Assembly (NCBI GenBank): GCA_963830365.1
Contig: CAWHMU010000045.1
Coordinates: forward strand, 143,036 to 207,035
Direction of reading: 5' to 3'
Length of the DNA stretch: 64,000 nucleotides
From: an uncultured Chlamydiae bacterium
Lineage (GTDB): Bacteria > Chlamydiota > Chlamydiia > Chlamydiales > Parachlamydiaceae
This document shows positions 20,248-28,752 of this stretch, piece after piece. The notes under the pieces are model-generated. The model was not told the DNA's origin. It searched no databases and was given only the letters and a program-made list of their open reading frames with translations. The position numbers and the translations under genes were made by a program. The first letter of the stretch is position 1. Each line of letters starts with the position of its first letter.

Positions 20248-22083
20248 ATGAATTTCATTGTGTCGGTTATTTTTCTTTTTCTGGCCGTAAATCCGCTGGC
20301 GGCGGTTAATAAAGCCTATGTGCCTAATAACGGCCTGAATACGGTCACCATTCTGGATGTTACCAATGGCGTAGTTTTAGGAACTCCGACAGTGGGCAGC
20401 AACCCGTTTTTTGCCGCCGTCTCGGCCGATAGCACAAAGATCTTTGTCTCCAATGCCGGCAGCAATACTGTCACCGTCATCGATGCCACCACCGATTTAG
20501 TCACTGCCACCATCCCCTTAACCGGCACCACACCGCAGATGATTGTGGTAGACGGCACCAATGCCTTTGTGGCCAATGTGGGTGATGACACGATCAGTGT
20601 CATCGATACAACGACGAACTCGGAAACTTTCCTGATCACCAACATAACGATTGCCCCGGGGGTAATGTCCCAGCCAAAATTTCTGACTATCGATGGAAGT
20701 AATCTTTATATCGGTTCGGAGAATACAGCCCAAGTGACGGTAATCGATAAAACGACTTTCTTATTTGTATCCTCCCCAGCGCCGGTATTTGGGGCGACCA
20801 GTTGCAGCTATCTGTCGCCGGCTCTGGGAATACAGGTGCTTACCAATCCCAGCGACGGCTCTGGCAGAACAACCACCATCGATGCCGGCACCTTTGCGAC
20901 TTCCCCGATATTTTTCCCCTCGGCCGGCCCTTATGCGACGGTGTTTCCCGATAATTCAACTGCCTACGAACCGCGGCCTACTTCAAATGACGTACAGATC
21001 GTTGATGTGACTTCATTTCCTGCTGCAGCAGGAGCTGCGATCCCAGTTGGTACCGACCCGCAGTTTGTGGTATTCAAATCAGACAGCTCCACCGCCTACG
21101 TTTCTGATCAGGGTAGCAGCGATGTGAGCCAGATCGATACCACCTTACTGACGGTAACGCCAATACCTGTATCCGCCAGCCCCAACTTTCTCGGCATCAC
21201 CGCCGATGATGCTAAAGTCGTGGTCTCCCATACGTTGACAGATTTCCTGAGCATCATCGATACCACAACCCTGATTGCCACTCCTTTCGCATTAGCGCCA
21301 GGTTCATCACCTTCCTTCGTCACTATTCTGAGCGTAGCGGTGGCAGTGCCTGTCGTGACGGGCGTCAGCCCTACTTCCGGTTCGACCGCTGGTGGTACGG
21401 TCGTTGCTATCTCAGGTTCGGGCTTTACCGGCGCCACGGCGGTAAGTTTTGGCGGCACGCCTGCAGCCTCTTTCGCAGTATTCTCCGACGGTAGCATAAA
21501 TGCCACCTCACCAGCACATGCCGCCGGCACCGTCGACATTACAGTGACCGGCCCGGGCGGTACTTCGGCCATCACTCCAGCCGATCAATTTACCTATCTC
21601 GCGCCGCCAGCTGTGACGAGTGTAAGCCCGACGACTGGACCGACTACCGGCGGTACAATTGTTTCCATTACAGGTGCAGGTTTTCTCAATGCCCTGACCG
21701 TGACCTTTGGCGGGGTACAAGCGGCAAGTTTTGTCATAAATTCAGACACGCTGATTACTGCCGTTTCACCCGCGCATGCCGCCGGCACGGTTGATGTACA
21801 GGTGGGGAGTCCGACCGGCACATCTGCTACGTCGCCCTCCGACCTATTTACGTTTGTAGCAGCGAGTGCAAACACTGCTGTTATTCTAAGCGCCCAGACT
21901 GCCACAGAAATCAGTCAGATAGTCGCATTTGAGGTGGTCAATGCCGCCCAGATCGAAGTGGATACAGTCGGCATATTCGGCGTGTATATGGGCACCTATG
22001 CCGATACACTTTATCCTTACATCATTGATGGGGTAACGCCGTTTACAAATATAGTGCAGATAACGCCAAGCTGGTGTCAGTAG
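20248..22083 (+). CDS. Secreted YVTN-type beta-propeller protein with two IPT/TIG domains
   Basis: Signal peptide; repeats such as IFVSNAGSNTVTVID; two PxVTxVSPTxGxTxGGTxVxIxGxGF IPT domains. Confidence 0.85.
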   Translation: MNFIVSVIFLFLAVNPLAAVNKAYVPNNGLNTVTILDVTNGVVLGTPTVGSNPFFAAVSADSTKIFVSNAGSNTVTVIDATTDLVTATIPLTGTTPQMIVVDGTNAFVANVGDDTISVIDTTTNSETFLITNITIAPGVMSQPKFLTIDGSNLYIGSENTAQVTVIDKTTFLFVSSPAPVFGATSCSYLSPALGIQVLTNPSDGSGRTTTIDAGTFATSPIFFPSAGPYATVFPDNSTAYEPRPTSNDVQIVDVTSFPAAAGAAIPVGTDPQFVVFKSDSSTAYVSDQGSSDVSQIDTTLLTVTPIPVSASPNFLGITADDAKVVVSHTLTDFLSIIDTTTLIATPFALAPGSSPSFVTILSVAVAVPVVTGVSPTSGSTAGGTVVAISGSGFTGATAVSFGGTPAASFAVFSDGSINATSPAHAAGTVDITVTGPGGTSAITPADQFTYLAPPAVTSVSPTTGPTTGGTIVSITGAGFLNALTVTFGGVQAASFVINSDTLITAVSPAHAAGTVDVQVGSPTGTSATSPSDLFTFVAASANTAVILSAQTATEISQIVAFEVVNAAQIEVDTVGIFGVYMGTYADTLYPYIIDGVTPFTNIVQITPSWCQ

Positions 22084-22106
22084 ATCCGCTAACCTGATAG
22101 GATGAG

Positions 22107-23414
22107 GTGTCTGTGAAGCCCATTAAAACACTAGATGAAGCGCTGCAATCCATCCACAAGCTCCAGGCTATTTTGGATGTGTCTAAAGCCATGGGCAGTG
22201 AAATCACCATTGACAACTTGCTGAAATTGATTTTGGACAAAACGACGGAAGTCATGGATGCCGACCGCAGCAGCCTGTTCATATACGATGAAAAAACCAA
22301 TGAGCTGTGGAGTAAAATCGCCCAGGGGCTGGTAAGTTCGGAGATACGCTTTCCTGTAGGCATTGGCGTGGCAGGAGATGTGGCCAAAACACTCAAAACA
22401 GAAAACATCCCTGATGCTTATCTTGACAAGCGGTTCAATCCTGGCATAGATAAACTAAATAACTACCGCACCAAAAGCCTGCTGTGCATGCCGCTGCTCG
22501 GCGACAAAGGACAGCTCGTCGGGGTCATCCAAGTTTTAAATAAAAAAACCGCCGATGCTTTTGACGAAGAGGACGAAGCAATTCTTGAAGCCCTCTCCAG
22601 TCATATTTCAGTGGCTCTGCAGCGCGCCCAGCTGATCGAACACTACGTCGAAAATCAATTGTTGGCAGAGAGCTTGCAGCATGCCCGTAAAATTCAATTG
22701 GGCATGCTGCCGACTACCTTTCCGCCATTTCCCGATATAATTGACATTGTCGACGTCTATGCCATCCTGGATGCGGCAAAGTTTGTAGGGGGGGATCTTT
22801 ATGACTTTTTCCTGCTGGATGACAATTACCTTTGTATCATCGTGGGTGACGTGTCCGGTAAAGGCATACCCGCTGCCGTATTTATGGCCATGGCGAAGAC
22901 ACTATTTAAAGCCGTAGCAAAGGCCACCATGCATCCCGAAGATATCCTGATGCAGGTCAACAATCTCCTGGTCGGCAACAACGAGGAGTTGATGTTCTTG
23001 ACCCTGTTCTTCGGCATGCTCAATCTTGCGACCGGTGTTTTTGAATATGGCAGCGCCGGTCACAATCCCCCTTATATCATTCATCCGGATGGCACGATTA
23101 CCAATTTGACATTCGAATCTCCATGTATCCCGCTTGCCATCCAGGCTGATTTTGTCTTCAACAGCAAAACCATCCAGTGCTACCCGGGCGATTTCATCTA
23201 TCTATATACCGATGGCGTCAATGAAGCCACTGACAGTAAAGATGAACTCTACTCTAATGAAAGGCTGGAAGTGTTTTTAAAGGGCAAGTCGTTCACTACC
23301 GCCAAAGAGCTTGTCTTAGGCAGTTTGAAAGAAGTAAAAGACTTTGTCAAAGAGGCCCCTCAATCGGATGATATCACTATCCTTGCCGTCAAATATGGGG
23401 GAGCGCGAAAATGA
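22107..23414 (+). CDS. GAF + SpoIIE/PP2C (RsbU-like) serine phosphatase
   Basis: GAF with NKxxxxxFxxxDE motif; VGGDLYDF, GDVSGKG, YTDGVNEA and QSDDIT phosphatase motifs. Confidence 0.92.
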   Translation: MSVKPIKTLDEALQSIHKLQAILDVSKAMGSEITIDNLLKLILDKTTEVMDADRSSLFIYDEKTNELWSKIAQGLVSSEIRFPVGIGVAGDVAKTLKTENIPDAYLDKRFNPGIDKLNNYRTKSLLCMPLLGDKGQLVGVIQVLNKKTADAFDEEDEAILEALSSHISVALQRAQLIEHYVENQLLAESLQHARKIQLGMLPTTFPPFPDIIDIVDVYAILDAAKFVGGDLYDFFLLDDNYLCIIVGDVSGKGIPAAVFMAMAKTLFKAVAKATMHPEDILMQVNNLLVGNNEELMFLTLFFGMLNLATGVFEYGSAGHNPPYIIHPDGTITNLTFESPCIPLAIQADFVFNSKTIQCYPGDFIYLYTDGVNEATDSKDELYSNERLEVFLKGKSFTTAKELVLGSLKEVKDFVKEAPQSDDITILAVKYGGARK

Positions 23415-24190
23415 AATTCACTTTTTTAGGAACCGGTTCCGCCTTTACGCTAGGGGATGGCAACTACCATTCGAATATGTTGCTGGAATCCGACCAGGGA
23501 AAGCGCCTGCTAATAGACTGCGGATCCGATGCACGCTTTTCGTTAAAGGAACAGGGGTTTTCATACAAAGATCTGGATGATGTCTATATAAGCCATCTGC
23601 ATGCCGACCATGTGGGAGGGCTGGAATGGCTGTCATTTACCACTTATTTCGATCCTACGGCCCATAGACTGCGCATACATCTCAGCCAAAACCTGGCGGA
23701 GTCTCTCTGGCATCATGTGATGTCGGGTGGACTAAACAGCATTAAAGGGCTAAATCCCAATCTGAGGACTTTTTATGATGTTGACGCTGTCAAAATTAAT
23801 GGTTCATTTCAATGGGAGGGGGTCGACTTTCACCTGATAAGAACCATTCATACCTATTCCGGCGATACGCTCAATCCGAGCTATGGCCTGTTTTTTCAGA
23901 TCAACCAGCACAAGATCTTTCTTACCACCGATGCGCAATTTGTCCTCTCTGAGACCATACAGCACTATCAGAAGGCTACCATTATTTTCCAGGACTGCGA
24001 AACATGCCACCATAAAAGCGGCACCCATGCCCATTACAGTGAACTGGTGACGCTGCCGCCGGAAATCAAGCAGAAAATGTGGCTTTACCATTATCAGCCC
24101 GGAGCATTGCCCGATGCCGTAGCCGCAGGCTTTTTAGGTTTCGCCAAAAAAGGGCAAACGTTTCATTTTAACATTAGCGATGGCTGTTGA
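23411..24190 (+). CDS. MBL-fold metallohydrolase (RNase Z / cNMP phosphodiesterase-like)
   Basis: FLGTGSA, LIDCG, SHLHADH, HAHY and LYHY; ATGA overlap with the phosphatase gene. Confidence 0.88.
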   Translation: MKFTFLGTGSAFTLGDGNYHSNMLLESDQGKRLLIDCGSDARFSLKEQGFSYKDLDDVYISHLHADHVGGLEWLSFTTYFDPTAHRLRIHLSQNLAESLWHHVMSGGLNSIKGLNPNLRTFYDVDAVKINGSFQWEGVDFHLIRTIHTYSGDTLNPSYGLFFQINQHKIFLTTDAQFVLSETIQHYQKATIIFQDCETCHHKSGTHAHYSELVTLPPEIKQKMWLYHYQPGALPDAVAAGFLGFAKKGQTFHFNISDGC

Positions 24191-24285
24191 AAAGTAATCA
24201 TGCTTTAAAATACCCTTCTCACTATTATACTTTTTGCAATCTACTATGCCGCCCGCGCGGTATAGATCAACCCGGAAGGATATCA

Positions 24286-24720
24286 ATGAAAAAAATCGTT
24301 TACTTGCTTATTTGCATGCAGGCTTTTATCGTTTCAGCCCCACTTCTAGGAGCTGATGAAGGCGATGGCATGCCGCCGCGCGATCAAGGCATGTGGCAGA
24401 CGGTGATCATGATCGCCATCGCCATGCTCTTTTTCTACTTCATCCTATGGCGTCCAGAACAGAAAAGACGCAAGATCATCGAAGATCAACGCGGTGCCCT
24501 CAAAAAAGGCGACCGCGTCACAGCCGTTGGCATCATCGGCACCGTGCTGCGCATTCAGGAACAAACTGTAATCTTGAAAATGTACGACGGCTCCAAAATA
24601 GAAGTTCTTAAAGGCGCGATCACAGATGTCCTGCCCGGCACAGAGGAAGATGTTAAAAAAGCTGAAAAAGATGAGCGTAGCCCATCTTCCAAACGCATCG
24701 ACATGAGCGATATCGAATAA
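24286..24720 (+). CDS. yajC: Preprotein translocase subunit YajC
   Basis: FFYFILWRPEQKRRK...LKKGDRVTAVGIIGTV; start at ATG 24286 after GAAGGA. Confidence 0.93.
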   Translation: MKKIVYLLICMQAFIVSAPLLGADEGDGMPPRDQGMWQTVIMIAIAMLFFYFILWRPEQKRRKIIEDQRGALKKGDRVTAVGIIGTVLRIQEQTVILKMYDGSKIEVLKGAITDVLPGTEEDVKKAEKDERSPSSKRIDMSDIE

Positions 24721-24801
24721 GCCGCAGCCTGGATTGTCAATGGATTAGTTTTTGTATCATTACCCTTGGCAATAGGTTTTGAAATCGATTCAATGCAATG
24801 A

Positions 24802-24982
24802 TCGCAAAGGGGGCAACAGCAAAAAATAACAGGATGGCAAGATAGTCAGGATAATCACAATACAAACAAATTGTAGCCACGCTTTTTCTTGAGGCTATAT
24901 TTATCCTGCATAGCTTGCCATCCTGCCCTTTAATTTTGCTGTTTATCCTCTTTGCGCCGCTTGGCTGTTCTTATGCGCTGAA
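24802..24982. repeat. Degenerate nested periodic inverted repeat (ACAGGAT inside CGCAAAG type)
   Basis: aaaaaataacaggatggcaagatagtcaggataa versus ttatcctgcatagcttgccatcctg; 24949-24980 is the near reverse complement of 4395-4426. Confidence 0.75.
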
Positions 24983-25149
24983 TTTCATTTTAGACAATAT
25001 GTCAAATTTTCACTAGATCATGGTATAACTGCATAGCAGTCACCAGTTGCTTTATTTTATAGGTAGATGCCAAGGCCTATTGATCCTTCTCTTTTCTTTC
25101 AGCAAGATGTGGGTGCCATATCGTCCATTTTATACAGACGCCAATTCCC

Positions 25150-26073
25150 TTACTCTGCGCAGGCCTCTTTCCCACGGCCTTCCAGCAGCGCCTGGATTGT
25201 TGGTAGGGCATCCAGGGCGGCTTTTCTGCCGGCTTGATAGATGGTCTCGTGATATTTGTCACCTGCAAAGCAGCCGATGTCATCATCGAGCTCCGGCCTG
25301 ATGATCACGCTGGCATGCTGCACGCAGCTTTCGCTCTGCCAAAGCAAGGTGATCTCGGCACTGCGTTCAGCCACACCAAAGAGATTCGTCGGGAAATCTT
25401 CAGGCAGCAAGCCGCGCAAGTCTACGGCCACGATGATTTCCGGATTGAATTTGCGGGCCACGCGCACCGGCACAGGGTCGATGACACTGCCATCGACAAA
25501 GGCTCTGCCATGCAGCCAAACGGGTACAAAGACGAACGGTATCGCTGCCGAAGCTTCAACGGCTGGGGCAATGGGGCCGCCGCCAATGGTGACAAGTTCG
25601 CTGGAGTATAGATCGGTAGTCACGGCAAAGAAAGGGATCTTCAGTTCATCAAAATTGGTGGCATCCAGATTTGTATTAAGGAATCTGCGTAGCGTTTTCC
25701 CCTGGCATAATCCATAGCGGGCATTCCAGATGTCGAAATCGATAATATAATCTGTACGCAGCGATAAGAAAACCTCTTTGAGGTGCTCCGTATCAGGGTC
25801 GTCGGCATATAGAGCACCGACAATGCTGCCTGCGCTGCATCCTATAATGACATCGACTGGGATGCTGTTTTCCCGGAATACCTCCAACACGCCGACATGC
25901 GCAATGCCGCGCGCCCCGCCGCCGCCTAAGACGAGCGCCAGGCGCACCGGCTGCTGAATCACGGGGCAATCTGGCAGCGAGGGGGGGGTGTCTGACGGGC
26001 AGTATTTTTGCGGACAGCTGCAGGCGGTCATTAGCGCGATGGAAACTATTAATGAGGAAAGATATTTTGACAT
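25150..26073 (-). CDS. Patatin-like phospholipase, probable lipoprotein
   Basis: LVLGGGGARG, GCSAG nucleophile, VDG; lipobox-like LMTAC. Confidence 0.9.
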   Translation of the reverse strand: MSKYLSSLIVSIALMTACSCPQKYCPSDTPPSLPDCPVIQQPVRLALVLGGGGARGIAHVGVLEVFRENSIPVDVIIGCSAGSIVGALYADDPDTEHLKEVFLSLRTDYIIDFDIWNARYGLCQGKTLRRFLNTNLDATNFDELKIPFFAVTTDLYSSELVTIGGGPIAPAVEASAAIPFVFVPVWLHGRAFVDGSVIDPVPVRVARKFNPEIIVAVDLRGLLPEDFPTNLFGVAERSAEITLLWQSESCVQHASVIIRPELDDDIGCFAGDKYHETIYQAGRKAALDALPTIQALLEGRGKEACAE

Positions 26074-26273
26074 GAAAAATCGTAGGTAAATTGTTTTGGA
26101 ATTATAGTCGGTATAAACAGTGGGTGATATTCTTTCAAGAATTTTATTTCAGTGGCACAACACAAAGTAATCCAACTGAAATTGTGCATATGCTCAAATA
26201 GGGGCAAACCGCGGGATATAATGGAATGAAATGATCATCCTTGACATAAGCTAAGTATATATTATACGGTTGC

Positions 26274-26520
26274 TGCTGAGCTCCCTAGGAGCGGCCCTAT
26301 TTGTAGCCCACGGTGTAGGGCCGGCAGGCGCAAACCGTGGGTCAAAATAAAAAAAGCTAGCCCCAAGGGGGCGTTATCATTGGATTTTTGGCCTTAGAAC
26401 ATGTTGCTGAGCTCCATAGGAGCGGCCCTATTTGTAGCCCACGGTGTAGGGCCGGCAGGCGCAAACCGTGGGTCAAAAAATAAAAAAAAAAGTTAGCCCC
26501 AAGGGGGCGTTATAATTGGA
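26274..26520 (+). repeat. Two tandem ~115-bp REP copies upstream of the RAYT gene
   Basis: Copies start at 26274 and 26405; each has a GCTCC..GGAGC hairpin, GTAG-CCCACGGT..ACCGTGGG hairpin and GCCCC..GGGGC hairpin. Confidence 0.95.
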
Positions 26521-26583
26521 TCCCTAGGCCTTAAGTATGCTTTATATGGTCAGAAAACCCAGCTACAACGATAGTTTTAATTG

Positions 26584-27459
26584 ATGAGTCACTCCCACAT
26601 TAACCAACTCATTCATGTTATCTGGTCGACACAGGGTCAATTGTTTCTGATTTCCCAATCTGTTAGGAATGAACTCTATGCCTACATTAGCACGCTAGTG
26701 AAGGCGAAAGACGGAAAAGTTTTTGCCTGTGGTGGTACTTCAGACCATATTCACATTCTACTCTTACTACCTGCTGATATTTCTTTATCCACCCTCATTT
26801 CCCACGTTAAAGCGTACTCTTCCAAATGGATTAAGTCCCGCCAAGGAATCGACTCTAACTTTAGCTGGCAAAAAGGGTATCTGGCTGTCAGCATTCAAAG
26901 GGATAGAGTTGATAATGTCTGTCGATATATCCAGCTAGACGAAAATCGGCACAATTCAAGCAGAATGAGTTATATTGATGAACTCAAAAGTATGCTTAAA
27001 AAACAGGACATTCCATTCAATGAACAGTATTTTTTGGAGAATAGTCACTCAAAGATACTCTTGCATACTGTTTGGTCGACACATAATCGATCTCCTGATT
27101 TGGACAAAGATATGAGATCTGAGCTATATGCTAAAATTGAAACCGCGATTATCAACTGTCAAGGGGAAATGCATGCCATCGGTGGTGTGGAAGACCATGT
27201 GCATGTCTTTGTAGAGGCGCCAAAAAATAAATCTCTCTCAGATTTAATGAGAGAAGTAAAGACTGCCGCCACACATTGGCTGAAAAACAGCAGTTCAAAA
27301 TATCAGCATTTCGAGTGGCAAGCGGGATATGGCGCATTTTCAATAAGCTCTTCTAGCGTTGAGGATGTTAAATATTACATTCAGAATCAGGAAGAACATC
27401 ATCGACTGCGATCATATGCTGAAGAATGGAACGAGTTTCTATTGCTGAATGGGGTTTAG
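26584..27459 (+). CDS. tnpA: IS200/IS605-superfamily Y1 HUH transposase (RAYT-like) with two tandem domains
   Basis: Domain 1: HVIWST, DHIH, WQKGY, RYIQLD. Domain 2: HTVWST, DHVH, WQAGY, YYIQNQ. Flanked by inverted REPs; no tnpB. Confidence 0.92.
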   Translation: MSHSHINQLIHVIWSTQGQLFLISQSVRNELYAYISTLVKAKDGKVFACGGTSDHIHILLLLPADISLSTLISHVKAYSSKWIKSRQGIDSNFSWQKGYLAVSIQRDRVDNVCRYIQLDENRHNSSRMSYIDELKSMLKKQDIPFNEQYFLENSHSKILLHTVWSTHNRSPDLDKDMRSELYAKIETAIINCQGEMHAIGGVEDHVHVFVEAPKNKSLSDLMREVKTAATHWLKNSSSKYQHFEWQAGYGAFSISSSSVEDVKYYIQNQEEHHRLRSYAEEWNEFLLLNGV

Positions 27460-27503
27460 CGTGATATTACCAGAGTCCATTGATGCTTTGATAAAGACGG
27501 GGC

Positions 27504-27752
27504 TCCAATTATTACGCCCCGTTGGGGCTAGCTGTGTTTTTTATGCTGACCCACGGTTTGCGCCGAGTGGCGCTACACCGTGGGCTACAAATAGGGCCGC
27601 TCCGATGGAGCTCAGCAACAGATTGATAAGCCCAGGTTACAATTAGAACGCCCCCTTGGGGCTAGCTGTGTTTTTTATGCTGACCCACGGTTTGCACCTG
27701 CTGGCGCTACACCGTGGGCTACAAATAGGGGCCGCTCCTATGGAGCTCAGCA
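27504..27752 (-). repeat. Two tandem REP copies downstream of the RAYT gene, inverted relative to the upstream pair
   Basis: 27504-27617 and 27640-27752 are near reverse complements of the 26274/26405 copies. Confidence 0.95.
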
Positions 27753-27770
27753 ACAACCGTAAAAGGCAAG

Positions 27771-27980
27771 GTGATGTGGCATAAGGAATATCACGACTAC
27801 AAAACAGATGAGCCCATGCAAAAGCAGACGATTGAACCAGGCCGCGGCATTTATGGCTGCGAAATGCATGAAATCAACGGCTGGGGTAACACGCTGCAGC
27901 AGCCCAAAAAGCAGAAACGCGGCTTTCTGGCATCGCTCATCGTAGCCGTCTTTGGCGCCGGTAAGAAGGAGGAGCCATGA
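27771..27980 (+). CDS. Small hypothetical protein
   Basis: 69-aa ORF with an ATGA overlap with the next gene. Confidence 0.5.
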   Translation: MMWHKEYHDYKTDEPMQKQTIEPGRGIYGCEMHEINGWGNTLQQPKKQKRGFLASLIVAVFGAGKKEEP

Positions 27981-28207
27981 CGCAGCAAGGCGAGCATACC
28001 TGGGATCTGATTGTGCAATACCATCAATGTCCCAAATGCGGCCGCATCAATGAAAGCCGGGAAGATTATCACTACCGCTTGGGAGCCTGGATTAAGGAGG
28101 TTACCTGCGAGCGCTGCGGACACGCTTTCAGGCTCACCAAGCAGCGCAAACCCACCTTCGGGCCGTTGATCGGCACACCCCAGCCGCCGGAAGTCGACTG
28201 GCAATAA
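27977..28207 (+). CDS. Small zinc-ribbon protein
   Basis: CPKC...CERC; GGAG RBS. Confidence 0.7.
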   Translation: MTQQGEHTWDLIVQYHQCPKCGRINESREDYHYRLGAWIKEVTCERCGHAFRLTKQRKPTFGPLIGTPQPPEVDWQ

Positions 28208-28220
28208 GGAGCTGTTTTTG

Positions 28221-28679
28221 ATGAAACTTTATCTAGTCAGACATGGAGAATATAGCTCCTTTGCCGACCAGACGTTGTCTGAAACGGGGATCCGTGAAAC
28301 GCAGGCCGTGGTTAATCTTTTAAAGCCGGCAGCGCTTGAAATCGATGAGATTTTGCATAGCGTAAAAAGGCGCGCCCAGCAGACGGCTGAAATACTAGCC
28401 CAAGGACTTGCACCCCATCTATCTCCAATTGAAAGAACCGGGCTTAAGCCCTCAGATCCCATTGAAGCGATTCTGACAGATATCCACACACAGCCGCGCC
28501 AGCTGATGCTGGTCGGCCATCTGCCTTTTATGGAAAGATTGCTGTCAACCCTGCTCTATGGCGAGGAGTATCCCTGCCCGGTGGATTTCTGCTGTGCTTG
28601 TGTGGTATGCCTGGAAAGGCAGGGACGCCAGTGGCAGATCGCCTGGGTGGTCTCGCCCAAGCTTGTGGGTGACCTGTGA
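28221..28679 (+). CDS. sixA: Phosphohistidine phosphatase SixA
   Basis: MKLYLVRHG, RAQQTA, LMLVGHLP. Confidence 0.9.
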   Translation: MKLYLVRHGEYSSFADQTLSETGIRETQAVVNLLKPAALEIDEILHSVKRRAQQTAEILAQGLAPHLSPIERTGLKPSDPIEAILTDIHTQPRQLMLVGHLPFMERLLSTLLYGEEYPCPVDFCCACVVCLERQGRQWQIAWVVSPKLVGDL

Positions 28680-28752
28680 CTGCGCGCAGCATATAGTAAA
28701 CGAATGTTGTTGAGCTCCATAGGAGCGGCCATATTTGTAGCCCACGGTGTAG

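Noticed and set aside
26241..26268. Sigma66/70 promoter TTGACA-N16-TATACG firing into the REP/RAYT locus
   Set aside because: Perfect -35 but a weak -10 and spacing; not supportable without transcription-start data.
26584..27459. Ordinary IS200/IS605 element with TnpB/omegaRNA
   Set aside because: No tnpB or iscB gene; the flanks are multicopy inverted REPs also found away from the gene.
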